The notes under the pieces are model-generated. The model was given only the letters and a program-made list of their open reading frames with translations, was not told the origin of the DNA and made no database searches. Both the position numbers and the translations under genes were made by a program. Positions 19,330 to 29,484 of a DNA stretch of 64,000 nt are shown in pieces; the stretch's first letter is position 1, and the number at the start of each line of letters is the position of its first letter. Source of the stretch: an uncultured cyanobacterium (GTDB lineage Bacteria > Cyanobacteriota > Cyanobacteriia > Cyanobacteriales > CAWUOF01); contig CAVUSO010000001.1 in assembly GCA_963744145.1 (NCBI GenBank), positions 2,688,001-2,752,000 of the forward strand. The letters are read 5' to 3'.

Positions 19330-19824
19330 TTACATCTTGGATATAATGTTCTGCACAATCCCGATCCCGGTCACAGCCTGCCAACCAAACAGCCCTAATA
19401 AACCAATATTGAGAAAAATATGGGTATATCGAGCCCAATCCTGACCTTTTTGCATATAGGGAGATAGGGAAGCAGAAACCGCAATGAGCCCGGTCATGCT
19501 TAATCCGACTAGCAAATGGGGACCAAAAAACAGTTTCCCATTATTAATATAGGTAACCGCCATCCCACCGATACTAGATAGGACCATCAGTGCTAAAAGC
19601 AATGAGCCAATTTTGTGATGACGGAGCGGAAATTGCCCTTGAATCAAACCCTTTTTTGTATCTCCTTCAGCAGTTCTGGTTCTCCGGATTTGAATACCCA
19701 GATACATGGCATAAATTGCAGTAGCTAGTAGTGTCCACATCACTAGGGGATGGGCAAACTGACTCCATGTTTTCAGCGATGCAGTAATTTCCGTGTCCAT
19801 AGGTTTGATTGAATTATCTCGCAA
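19330..19824 (-). CDS. DUF4079 family membrane protein
   Basis: HPLVMW..YAMYLG, HHKIGSLLL, GKLFFGPHL, HIFLN..LFGWQAVTG. Confidence 0.85.
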   Translation of the reverse strand: MRDNSIKPMDTEITASLKTWSQFAHPLVMWTLLATAIYAMYLGIQIRRTRTAEGDTKKGLIQGQFPLRHHKIGSLLLALMVLSSIGGMAVTYINNGKLFFGPHLLVGLSMTGLIAVSASLSPYMQKGQDWARYTHIFLNIGLLGLFGWQAVTGIGIVQNIISKM

Positions 19825-19930
19825 GACTTAATAAAAGTTAGCATAATATCGGTCAGTTCTCATCTTGTAATTAATAAACCATTATCAACACTTCTCAAAA
19901 TTTTCATTTAAGCAGAAGGAATCATTAAGT

Positions 19931-21418
19931 ATGGCAGCGACTAGAAAAGATATTTTATTATTACAGGCGACTAAAGATGGCAATATTAACCAAGTAGAAG
20001 CGCTGCTAGCGATGGAAGCAGATGTTAATGTTACCGATCGCGATGGCACCACCCCTTTAATGTTCGCTGCTCAGTTTGGTTATACCGAAATTGTCAAAGT
20101 TTTGGTCAAAGCTGGAGCAAAGATTGAGCAGTCCAGAACTCAGTTTGGGATTACAGCCTTAATGATTGCTGCCGCAGCTAATCAGATTGACACAGTAAGG
20201 TTTTTAGTGTATAGCGGCGCTAATGTCAATGCTATTAATGAAGATGGTAGCACAGCTTTAATGATTGCAGCTTTACAAGGTCATTTGCAGATTGTGCAAA
20301 TCTTGGTGGGTGCTGGGGCTCAAGTGAATTTAAAAGATTTAGTTGAAGATAATGCTTTAAATTTGGCTGCTCAAAAAGGTCATACAGAAGTAGTCCAAGT
20401 TTTATTAGCTGCTGGTGCCCAGATAAATTTAACAAGAGAATGCGATCGGGTTTCTGCTTTATTTTTAGCGATCGCTGTGGGTCAAGTTCAAACTGTCCAA
20501 GTTTTATTACAGTGGGGTGCTGATCCTCATGTCGTTAGAAAAAATGGCAAAACTTGTCTAATGCAAGCGGCAGAAATTGGTAATTTAGGAATTACGCAGT
20601 CGTTACTCGCGAAAAGTGTTGATGTTAATGCTCAAGATCAAGAAGGGGATACAGCTTTAATTTTGGCAGCAGAGGTCGGTCATCTTGACATTGTCAAATT
20701 ATTAATAATTGCTGGAGCTGATCTGAATATTAAAAATCAAGATGGGTGGTCAGCTTTGAGTGTTGCTGCTGCTGGGGGTTATAGGGAGATTACTAAAGTT
20801 TTAATTGGTGCTGGAGCCGATATTAATACTAAAAATCAAGAAGGTGAAACAGCTTTAAATCTAGCTGTAATCGAAGGATATAATCAGGTAGTAGATTTAC
20901 TGTTAGAACGAGGAGCAGATGTAAAAACTACCAATAACCTAGGTGATACAGCTTTGATTATAGCAGCTTGGCATGGTCAAAGTAAAATCGTTGTTTCTTT
21001 ATTAAATAAAGGTGCTGAAGTTAATCAAAAAAATCTCGGAGAAAGTCCTTTAACTATAGCTGCTACTCATGGACATAGCGAAACAGTTCGTTTTTTGTTA
21101 GAATATGGTGCTGATCCCAATATCAGGGATGAACAACAAAAAACCGCCTTGATCAAAGCTGCCGATCGCGGTCATACTCAGGTGATTCAACAATTATTAG
21201 CTAAAGGTGCTGATCCTAATCTTCAAGATCAGAACCAAACAACCGCTTTGATGTGGGCAGCTCAAAGAGGGAATGGGGAAGCAGTACGTTTATTGTTAAA
21301 TGCTGGTGCGGATGTGAATAAAAAAAATTGGGGTGGATATTCAGCTTTGATGTTAGCAGAAGCTAATGGACATAAAAATCTGGTGCGATCGCTCAAAGTT
21401 GCTGGTGCTGAAGAATAA
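19931..21418 (+). CDS. Ankyrin repeat protein
   Basis: About 14 G-T-AL--AA--GH-EIV--LL--GAD-N repeats. Confidence 0.95.
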   Translation: MAATRKDILLLQATKDGNINQVEALLAMEADVNVTDRDGTTPLMFAAQFGYTEIVKVLVKAGAKIEQSRTQFGITALMIAAAANQIDTVRFLVYSGANVNAINEDGSTALMIAALQGHLQIVQILVGAGAQVNLKDLVEDNALNLAAQKGHTEVVQVLLAAGAQINLTRECDRVSALFLAIAVGQVQTVQVLLQWGADPHVVRKNGKTCLMQAAEIGNLGITQSLLAKSVDVNAQDQEGDTALILAAEVGHLDIVKLLIIAGADLNIKNQDGWSALSVAAAGGYREITKVLIGAGADINTKNQEGETALNLAVIEGYNQVVDLLLERGADVKTTNNLGDTALIIAAWHGQSKIVVSLLNKGAEVNQKNLGESPLTIAATHGHSETVRFLLEYGADPNIRDEQQKTALIKAADRGHTQVIQQLLAKGADPNLQDQNQTTALMWAAQRGNGEAVRLLLNAGADVNKKNWGGYSALMLAEANGHKNLVRSLKVAGAEE

Positions 21419-21466
21419 TATTAATTAATTCCACGAGGGTCAAAATTTTCTCGACGATCAGAGCTG

Positions 21467-21524
21467 AAAAAAAATCCCCAAGTGGTTAAACTTGGGGACA
21501 TTTAATATCAGGGTGCATCTATCC
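21467..21524 (-). ncRNA. NsiR1-like small RNA, copy 1
   Basis: Minus strand GGATAGATGCACCCTGATATTAAAT-TCCCCAAG/CTTGGGGA hairpin followed by T-run; TCCCGA about 30 bp upstream. Confidence 0.65.
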
Positions 21525-21582
21525 TATTTATTCTTAGTGTTAGTTTCATCATCGGGATAAATTTCCCCAAAACTTCAAAAAA

Positions 21583-21638
21583 TAAAAAACCTCCAAACCG
21601 TTAAGCTTGGAGGTGTTAATATCAGGGTGCATCTACAC
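21583..21638 (-). ncRNA. NsiR1-like small RNA, copy 2
   Basis: Minus strand GTGTAGATGCACCCTGATATTAAC-ACCTCCAA/TTGGAGGT hairpin followed by T-run; perfect TCCGGA (DIF1-like) at 21668-21673. Confidence 0.7.
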
Positions 21639-21807
21639 TTTGGTTATTCGCCCCTAAAATCAGACGATCCGGATTGATTTGTGAAAAGACTAGAAAATTA
21701 AAAAACTTTTTTCTGATGGGGGTGGACGCAGATTGTCCCAGAGCGATCGCCATTGATGGGACAGACCACAGTTCTGCCCCACTAGAGCATTGCCCCCATT
21801 GATGACA

Positions 21808-22347
21808 TCAATAATTAATATTAACGAGAAGTACATCTACTGGAATGTGACGAATTAAATCATCATATAAAACTTGCTGAGATGCTAGGGAACGACAAAA
21901 GCTAGGAACCATAGGCCCAGACCAGGTCTGATCAAATTCTTTCCATAATTGTTGTAACTGCGGATTAATTGCACTATCTGCTAAAATTTCTAATCCGATA
22001 CTATACATATCGATTAATTCTTGTAAGTTAGCACTGACATATATTTTGCCATTTATTACAGCTCCATCTATGGTTAATAAACCAGCCATAATATCGCGCA
22101 ATGTTTCGGTATCACTGCGAAAATTAATTACTTGCTCTTGCACAGGTGTAATATAAATTTGCAAATCATTTCCACCTTCAGCACGTAATTGTAATTGAAT
22201 CCCATCTAGCTCAATTATAGAAGTTTTTCCCGCCGCCGCTAATCCTAAATTTCTCCAAGTAGAACCTTGTTGAACTCGTAATATTTCGATCAGACGGTAA
22301 AATAATTGAGCTAATAAATCGGCTCGATCGCGAGGAGAATTACTCAT
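21808..22347 (-). CDS. Hypothetical protein with SCP2 (sterol carrier)-like segment
   Basis: TLRDIMAGLLTIDGAVINGKIYVSAN resembles the SCP2 C-terminal signature. Confidence 0.55.
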   Translation of the reverse strand: MSNSPRDRADLLAQLFYRLIEILRVQQGSTWRNLGLAAAGKTSIIELDGIQLQLRAEGGNDLQIYITPVQEQVINFRSDTETLRDIMAGLLTIDGAVINGKIYVSANLQELIDMYSIGLEILADSAINPQLQQLWKEFDQTWSGPMVPSFCRSLASQQVLYDDLIRHIPVDVLLVNINY

Positions 22348-23711
22348 AAACTCATCACATGACTATTCAGATAAGTTTCCAGAGCATTAGCTGCGGTAAC
22401 TGCACCATTTTCTGTTTGCACTTGTTGACTTACTTGGGCTGCTTTAATAGCATATTTAGGATCAAATAGCAAGTGTGCCAACTCTTTGATCATGCGATCG
22501 ACATGACAGTCATGGACAGAAATAGTGCGAGCTACTCCCAACCGAACTAAACGAGCGGCATTATCTGGCTGATCGTGAGCGTAGGGAACTACTAGCATCG
22601 GTTTACCAGCTTGCAATGCTTGTCCAGTTGTGCCCACACCCCCATGATGGACGATCGCTACTGCGCGGGGAAAGATTTGGGAGTGAGGGGCATAGTCAAC
22701 CACCATGATCCCATCGGTCAGTTGGTCTAAAGGAAAACTCGGTGCTGCTGATCCAACCAATAAAACAGCCCGATAGCCTAACTGTTGGGCAGCTCGCGCA
22801 CCTTCTAAGTAAAAATTTCCCGGACTCAAGACATATAAGGAACCCAAGGTAAACACAATCGGAGGCTCTCCTGCGGCTAAAAATGCCTCTAGTTCAGGAG
22901 ATAAAGTGTGATTGTCATTTTTTTGATCATAGAAGGGAAACCCAGTAATCCGGGTTTTAGCTGGCCAATCTGGCTGAAAAGATGCTAAAACTGAGGAAAA
23001 TAATGCTAGCACTAAGTTGGGGGAATGTTGACCCTCAAAAATCGGATCACCACTAGGTAATAAGTCTAAATCAGCTCTTAGTTGACGGGCTGTAGCACTG
23101 AAAAAGCGAGACTGCCATCGGAAATGGCGGAGCATGGTATCATTAGTTACTAATGCTAAGGCTTGTTCATAAGCTGAAGCTTGACTAGATGTATGATTGG
23201 GTAGATCATAAGCAGACATAAAGGAGCAAGGTGAAAGGATACTAGACGCCCAAGCAATTCCTGTGGTTTCTGCTAGTAAAGCACTAACAAAAGAAAGGTG
23301 ATGGGTGAGCAGCAAATCCGCTCCGGTGATCGCTTGTTTCAAATCTCTATACATAGAACGCAAGTGAGGCATCAAAATATAGGCAATGATATATTCACTA
23401 TCCCTGTGGCGCTCACTTAAGGCTTGAACTAAAGCCCAGTCTTGGGTCATGGTGAGGGTATCTGCATCTGGTCTAACCGGATAAAAATCAAGTCCAGTAG
23501 CGGCGATTTTAGACTGATAGTCCTTACTAATTGCCATGATCACCTGATGACCTCTAGCCCTTAATTCCAGTCCGATCGCGATGTAAGGATGAAGATCACC
23601 CAAGGAACCATAAGTATGTATTACAATCCGTTTCCCCCTCACTGGCTCTTTCACCTGTAAGAGGGAATCGGCAATCTGCTCTGCTATCATTTTTGAGTTA
23701 TTTTTGAACAA
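22344..23711 (-). CDS. GT1-family glycosyltransferase (RhlB / sterol-GT-like)
   Basis: GSLGDLHPY, VFTLGS, VHHGGVGTT, PYAHDQPDNA. Confidence 0.92.
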   Translation of the reverse strand: MFKNNSKMIAEQIADSLLQVKEPVRGKRIVIHTYGSLGDLHPYIAIGLELRARGHQVIMAISKDYQSKIAATGLDFYPVRPDADTLTMTQDWALVQALSERHRDSEYIIAYILMPHLRSMYRDLKQAITGADLLLTHHLSFVSALLAETTGIAWASSILSPCSFMSAYDLPNHTSSQASAYEQALALVTNDTMLRHFRWQSRFFSATARQLRADLDLLPSGDPIFEGQHSPNLVLALFSSVLASFQPDWPAKTRITGFPFYDQKNDNHTLSPELEAFLAAGEPPIVFTLGSLYVLSPGNFYLEGARAAQQLGYRAVLLVGSAAPSFPLDQLTDGIMVVDYAPHSQIFPRAVAIVHHGGVGTTGQALQAGKPMLVVPYAHDQPDNAARLVRLGVARTISVHDCHVDRMIKELAHLLFDPKYAIKAAQVSQQVQTENGAVTAANALETYLNSHVMSL

Positions 23712-24108
23712 TTATCTGGGCACTGAGTAATGCTGTTCCAGTCGCACCGATCCACAGATCACCACCCTGTTGGTTTTTCCATTGGGCAGCGATCGCATAA
23801 TTTCCTGGTGAGAATTCTTTCACGGTTGAGATGGTGATGGGAATTCTTTGATTAGGAATAGCAGACTGATAAACACCATCAACAATGATTTCGTTATTCA
23901 CAGCGATCGCCAAAGAATTATAGTCTCCTGGTTGACTACTCCAAGTATCAGGGATATTCAGGGTTAGTAACATTTTGCTAGGGACGGTTAGCTCAATGTT
24001 GAGGGGATTAAAATCGGGAATATTAACAAAATCTTTGGCTTGAGTTTTGCCTTCTATTCCTTGGTGCAAGCTATACCAGAAATTATTCATATTTCCTTCT
24101 TCCAGCAT
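23698..24108 (-). CDS. Hypothetical beta-rich protein; stand-alone paralog of a domain in the 748-aa neighbour
   Basis: WYSLHQG...VNIPDF...LLTLNIPDTW...RIPITIST...IGA.GTA.LSA shared with 24215-26461. Confidence 0.75.
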   Translation of the reverse strand: MLEEGNMNNFWYSLHQGIEGKTQAKDFVNIPDFNPLNIELTVPSKMLLTLNIPDTWSSQPGDYNSLAIAVNNEIIVDGVYQSAIPNQRIPITISTVKEFSPGNYAIAAQWKNQQGGDLWIGATGTALLSAQIIVQK

Positions 24109-24214
24109 GACTATGTTTCAGGTTTAACAGCGATCGCCAACAACCTAGGTAAATTCAGTAGCTCTAATCGCGGGTGAATTACCTAGGTAAATTGAAGCAT
24201 TAAATGGTGATATT

Positions 24215-26461
24215 CTAGGCTACCGTAAATTCGGAGATCTGAATTTCTTCCTGTTGCCAGGTGGCACCGTTAATGGTGCCATTATTCCCTTTACCAGTTT
24301 TATCACCAGCAATATGACTTGAACCTTCATTTAAAGAACGCCAGTAGCAATTTAATCCGATTTCACTACCTGTAAGTCTGTAAAGAAGATCCTTGCGGAT
24401 TTCTTCTTGGGTACGTGCGATACTCCAGATGCGTACATCTGCTATTTTGCCAATTAAGAAATTATCTACACGTCCAATCCAATAGCTAGTATTTTGATCG
24501 GTGTAGAAGTTTTCTGGTGCTGGTTTAGTCGCAAATAATGTCCCATTGCGGTAAACATTATACTCGGTTCCTTTCTTTACCCAAGCAATATGCACCCATT
24601 GATCTGTTGAGGTGAAAAAGTTATTAAATTGATTACCGTAACGCACACCAGAGCGATCGTAGGAATCGCAATAGAGTCCATTACTATCTGGACAAATCCA
24701 CATTCCTGGTTTGCGCCGGGCATCTCCCTGTTTACCGATAAATCCATGCCAACCATTATTGAGAATACCAGGCTTAAGAAACAAAGAAATGGTAAAATCT
24801 GTAGTATTAGCAAACGGATCTTTGACTTCTATATAGTCATCACCATCAAAACTCAATAGCTGTTGTAATTTTTCAATCTTTTCTCCCACTGGCAAGGATT
24901 CACTCAATGAGCCGTCAAAGACTGCAATTAATCCTTGTCCATCGTTATACCTGTGGATAATAGAGTTTTTCGGATCGTTTGGTTGCAGATTAGTAATGGA
25001 ATTACCATTGCTTTGATAGAGAGCTTTTACTCCGACTAAAAGGGGATGTAAACTATGAACCGCTATATTACCCCCAATTTGGTTATATTGGTTGCCAAAT
25101 TCTAACCCAAAAGCAGCTAGAAAAGTATTCCAGCGAGCTGCTTCGGCTGCGGCACCACCGTCTCCAGTACCACCCATGAGATAAACATTACCACCAGCTT
25201 TGATATATGAGATTAGCACTTGGTTATCAACAGTGTCTCCACCAATAAAGATGCCATCGTAAGTTAATAGAGTTGGCAAATCGAATTTAATATTTAGCCC
25301 TTTTGTCCAAGTATGACCTGCGTTGGTCATAGTTTCTTCTAACTTAGATTCAACTAAACCAAAATTGGTTGAGTAAGCATGGAATTTACCAGGACTTCCA
25401 CCAGTAAACCACTTGGCAATATTTGTAGCAAAAATAGCTGTATCGGGTGCATTATTAAATCCAGCATTACCTAATGTCCATTCATCATGGTTGACTATAA
25501 TCCGACCTAATTTTTTAGTAATCTCTGCTGATGTACTGACTAAACTAGCACTTAAAAATGCTGTACCAAAGGCTCCAATTGCTAATTCTCCACCATTGTC
25601 AGTTTGCCATTTAGCTGTGACTGTATGAGTACCTTTGGTGAGCTTTTGAACGGTAGATACCGTAATTGGTAAGCGTTGACCGGGGGTAGCACCATTGTAT
25701 ACTCCTTTGGCAACTATTTGTTCATCAACGGCGATCGCGAACCAGCTAAATATGCCTTCTTTATTGTTCCAAGTATCTGGAACATTTAAAGTTAACAACA
25801 ATTCAGCATCTGTGGATAAGTCGATGTGCAATTGCTCAAAATCGGGAATATTGACATAAGTATTTGATGTGGTGGTACTACTTTTCCCTTGATGCAAACT
25901 GTACCATATTGGTTGAGCTAAACTATTATTTTGTTCTGTAGTTAATGTGACACCAGTCAGGTTCGCACCTGTTAAGATTGCACCTGTTAAGATCGCACCA
26001 GTCAAATTCGCATCGGTTAAATTAGCATTGGTTAAGTCTGCTCCGACTAAGTATGTATAACTTAAATTAGCTTTAATCAGGTTGGTTTCTCTCAATTTAG
26101 CTGCATCTAAATAAGCATAGCTCAGGTCAGCATAATTGAGGTTGGCATAGCTAAAATCAGCATCAGCTAAATAGGCATGACTCAAATAAGCATAGTCTAG
26201 ATTAGCATAACCAAAATAAGCGTAGCCCAAATAGGCATATCCTAAATTTGCAGCCAGTAAGTTACTCACAGCAAAATTGCTAGCAAACAACCCAGAACCA
26301 CTCAGATCAATCGAAGCTAGTTCTTGCTGACTTAAATTAGCAGAGGGAAGATAGCTAGAGCGAAAATCTCGCTGTTGTTTGTCTTGATATAATCCTAGGA
26401 GAATTTTTACCAACTCCTCTGTATTCTGGGCGGGAAATGGCCAAATAATATCTCCGGTCAT
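24215..26461 (-). CDS. Multidomain protein: pentapeptide repeats + unknown beta domain + unknown alpha/beta domain + LamG/concanavalin-like domain
   Basis: A(N/D/Y)L.. pentapeptides; [41 protein letters not shown]amG motifs. Confidence 0.85.
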   Translation of the reverse strand: MTGDIIWPFPAQNTEELVKILLGLYQDKQQRDFRSSYLPSANLSQQELASIDLSGSGLFASNFAVSNLLAANLGYAYLGYAYFGYANLDYAYLSHAYLADADFSYANLNYADLSYAYLDAAKLRETNLIKANLSYTYLVGADLTNANLTDANLTGAILTGAILTGANLTGVTLTTEQNNSLAQPIWYSLHQGKSSTTTSNTYVNIPDFEQLHIDLSTDAELLLTLNVPDTWNNKEGIFSWFAIAVDEQIVAKGVYNGATPGQRLPITVSTVQKLTKGTHTVTAKWQTDNGGELAIGAFGTAFLSASLVSTSAEITKKLGRIIVNHDEWTLGNAGFNNAPDTAIFATNIAKWFTGGSPGKFHAYSTNFGLVESKLEETMTNAGHTWTKGLNIKFDLPTLLTYDGIFIGGDTVDNQVLISYIKAGGNVYLMGGTGDGGAAAEAARWNTFLAAFGLEFGNQYNQIGGNIAVHSLHPLLVGVKALYQSNGNSITNLQPNDPKNSIIHRYNDGQGLIAVFDGSLSESLPVGEKIEKLQQLLSFDGDDYIEVKDPFANTTDFTISLFLKPGILNNGWHGFIGKQGDARRKPGMWICPDSNGLYCDSYDRSGVRYGNQFNNFFTSTDQWVHIAWVKKGTEYNVYRNGTLFATKPAPENFYTDQNTSYWIGRVDNFLIGKIADVRIWSIARTQEEIRKDLLYRLTGSEIGLNCYWRSLNEGSSHIAGDKTGKGNNGTINGATWQQEEIQISEFTVA

Positions 26462-26785
26462 AAGTTACCTCTTGACATTAGATTTACAATTCATTATGCG
26501 TTTCAAGGTATCACTAATTAGTCCCAATAGTTGATAAAAAATGTTAAAATTTAGGCGATCGAACAGAATAGGCAACCATTATGTATTGATGTGACGATGA
26601 CAACCAGGAGCGTTTACTACCTAAAAAATTGTCCCAGATTTTTTGGCAAAATCAACTAAAAAAACTATGCTTCAGGAATTTTTCAGGACAGAACTGCTAT
26701 ACAAAAGTACCTCATCGGGAGATAATCGAGATCCATTGAACTACTTAGTTCTTGCGAACATAAGACAAATTACTCAGAAAACATA

Positions 26786-27881
26786 ATGTTTGATCAGAAT
26801 ATCATCAATGAGGCATTACAGACTTCTCGCTCAGTGATCGTCAGTACAATTGAGAAAACAATTACTAACAAGAGAGCAATGGGCAGGAGCCTATACATCT
26901 TTATATGACTTATTGATTGATTATCCTTTGCGGGTGGGCAAAATGCTACGTCCGACCATCTGTATTAGTGTAGCACGAGCGAGCGGTGGACTGGGTCATT
27001 TAGCAGTAAAAACTGCTGCGGCACTTGAACTATATCATAATGCGTTTTTAATTCACGATGACATTGAAGATGGTTCAGAATCGCGACGAGGTAAAGATAC
27101 GTTACACCAGAAGATTGGAATTCCCCGTGCGATTAATGTCGGAGATGCGACTAATGTATTAGCAGTGGGGTTATTATTAGAAAATTTATCAGTAATTGGG
27201 GTATCAAAGACCCTAAATGTTCTCCATGAAATTGAGTTCATGGCCCAGCAATCGGTCGAAGGACAAGCAATGGAACTGGATTGGGTCACAAATAATATTG
27301 CCAAAATTACAGATCAAGATTATTTTAATATGTGTGTAAAAAAGACCTGTTGGTATTCCTTTATTACCCCTTGTCGTCTGGGGTTAATTATTGGCTATCC
27401 CACAGATAATCCCACCGAATTAGTTAAACCTTTAGCCAATTTAACTAGGTTTGGAATGATTCTTGGAATTGCTTTTCAGATCCAAGATGATTTATTAAAT
27501 CTGCAAGGAGAAATGAAACCCTATGGTAAAGAAATTGGGGGAGATATATATGAAGGAAAACGCACATTGATGCTGAATCATGTTATTGCTAACAGTGGTA
27601 AAGCCGCTGAGGAAATTCTTGATATTCTTGCCCAACCAAGAGAGAAGAAGACCCCTAATCAAATTGCTTTTATTTTAGAAAAAATGCAAGAATGTGGTAG
27701 TATTGAACATAGTTGGAATGTCGCCCGAAATCTAGCTATTGAAGCAAAAACTATCTTTGATACCTTAGATTTTTTGCATCTAGAAACCCCCTTAAAACCA
27801 GAAGAAGAAGGGGTTTGTGCTAGGCAAGATCGAAGATTTCTCAAAGAATTAATTAATTATGTGATTTATCGAAATTTATGA
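26786..27881 (+). CDS. Polyprenyl diphosphate synthase family protein (5' end apparently frameshifted)
   Basis: GKMLRP, FARM LIHDDIEDGSESRRG, GQAMEL, KKTCWYS, FQIQDDLLN, EGKRT; ATG 26786 is out of frame with the main ORF (26850-27881). Confidence 0.88.
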
Positions 27882-29392
27882 GCCAATTACCACAGATCGA
27901 TCTGAAAGTTTCCCCAGGTATAACAGTGAGCTTGGAACTATTACTCCGTAACCAAGGTACAGAAACACTAGTGTTACACCCAAAATTAGAGAATTGGGTA
28001 ATTGATGGAGAACAAATTATTACACCTGTTAGTTCTGTTGATCCGGTTTGCATTTTATTATCAGAAAAAGCCGAACAAACTCAAATCATGAAACTGAGCA
28101 TACCCTCTGATTTACAACCAGGACAGATTCTGACAAATTGGCTCAGATTTCCTGGAACTCAGGAAGAAGGTATTTTTATGCGAATTGAAATTAGTAAATT
28201 AGACCAACAGCAACCATCTATAATTAATTTAGTTTTGCCAATTAATTTACCTTTTTTCTCCCCTAACCATCAACGAGATGGAATTTCAGGATTGATCTTA
28301 GGATTGATGGAACTTGACTATATCCCTACCCGGTGGATGGTAGCAGAAATTTTAGTTAAATTATGTCAATTTGGTGAGGAATATAGTCAATCTCAATCTG
28401 GAAGAGATTTAATTCAACAATTAAGTAAAACATCTTTTTTTCAAATTGGGGTTATTGCTTTAGAACAGACCCAATTGGTTAACTGGATTACTAATACTTT
28501 AAGAAATATTAAATTAAGTATTCCCATTAATAATAGTCAACAATCTCTGCTGGATGCTTGGACATTTTGGTGGTTCAGTTTAAATGAATTAGATTTAGAA
28601 ATAGACGCAGAGAGCCACCTAATTGCTCCCTCTCTTCTTTTAGCTGAAAATTTTATTAATCACATCGGAAAAAGGGGAGAAAAGTGGTTTGCTAATTTGC
28701 TTTTGGGATTAGTTCAATTATCACCAACAATTGCTCTAAATTTAAAAAAAATTGCCACCCAACCCCCAAAAGATTCACAAATATTAACAGAGTTATCTAC
28801 CCAATCTAGTTATAATTTAGCCACGGGATTATCAGGATTTGATTTACTTCCTGTCCGTTGGTTAGTGCTAGAAATTTTACTTTTACTTAATGATGTGGGC
28901 AGAGAATATATGACCACGGAAACGGGTGAAAAATTATTAAATCAGTTGAGTGGTACTCGTTTATTTAAAAATTTAGTAATTGCTTTTATCTCAGCTCAAC
29001 TACCACGTTGGATAGCAATTAGTCAAGGTGCTGCAAATGCTTATTACGAGTCTCTCGGTATTGCTCATCAGCATCGTGGGATATTATATTACTGGGAAAA
29101 TTGGTTATGGAGTTTAACTGGGATAGAATTAAACTCAGCCGGAATTAAGCATATCACTTCTAGTAAAAATATCTTTACTGTGCTGAAACAAGAGCAAATC
29201 AATGTCGAAGAGTTGGTTGGTTCAATGATCATGGGACTGGTAAAAATTTCACCCCGAATTGCTGCCCAAGTCCAACAGATAGCCGCAAAATCTCCCCATT
29301 TATCGCGATCGATTAATCAAATACCAATCAAAGTAAATCATCCCATTGATGATATTATTAATCAATCCGGTAATGGGGGTTTAACTAGGTAG
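27878..29392 (+). CDS. Hypothetical protein with internal duplication
   Basis: Two copies of GL.GLD.(I/L)P.RW.V.EIL..L...G.EY.....G..L..QLS.T..F; ATGA overlap with the polyprenyl synthase stop. Confidence 0.75.
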   Translation: MSQLPQIDLKVSPGITVSLELLLRNQGTETLVLHPKLENWVIDGEQIITPVSSVDPVCILLSEKAEQTQIMKLSIPSDLQPGQILTNWLRFPGTQEEGIFMRIEISKLDQQQPSIINLVLPINLPFFSPNHQRDGISGLILGLMELDYIPTRWMVAEILVKLCQFGEEYSQSQSGRDLIQQLSKTSFFQIGVIALEQTQLVNWITNTLRNIKLSIPINNSQQSLLDAWTFWWFSLNELDLEIDAESHLIAPSLLLAENFINHIGKRGEKWFANLLLGLVQLSPTIALNLKKIATQPPKDSQILTELSTQSSYNLATGLSGFDLLPVRWLVLEILLLLNDVGREYMTTETGEKLLNQLSGTRLFKNLVIAFISAQLPRWIAISQGAANAYYESLGIAHQHRGILYYWENWLWSLTGIELNSAGIKHITSSKNIFTVLKQEQINVEELVGSMIMGLVKISPRIAAQVQQIAAKSPHLSRSINQIPIKVNHPIDDIINQSGNGGLTR

Positions 29393-29484
29393 TCAGGAAG
29401 AGAAATTAAATCACTCTATATTTATTTTTCATTCCTAAACCAATTAAATGAGCGAGTGATTAAAGCGATAAAATTTCGATATTT

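Noticed and set aside
26850..27881. Polyprenyl synthase as a second cargo of the Family 2B encapsulin
   Set aside because: It lies about 15 kb away in a separate operon and has no disordered targeting extension
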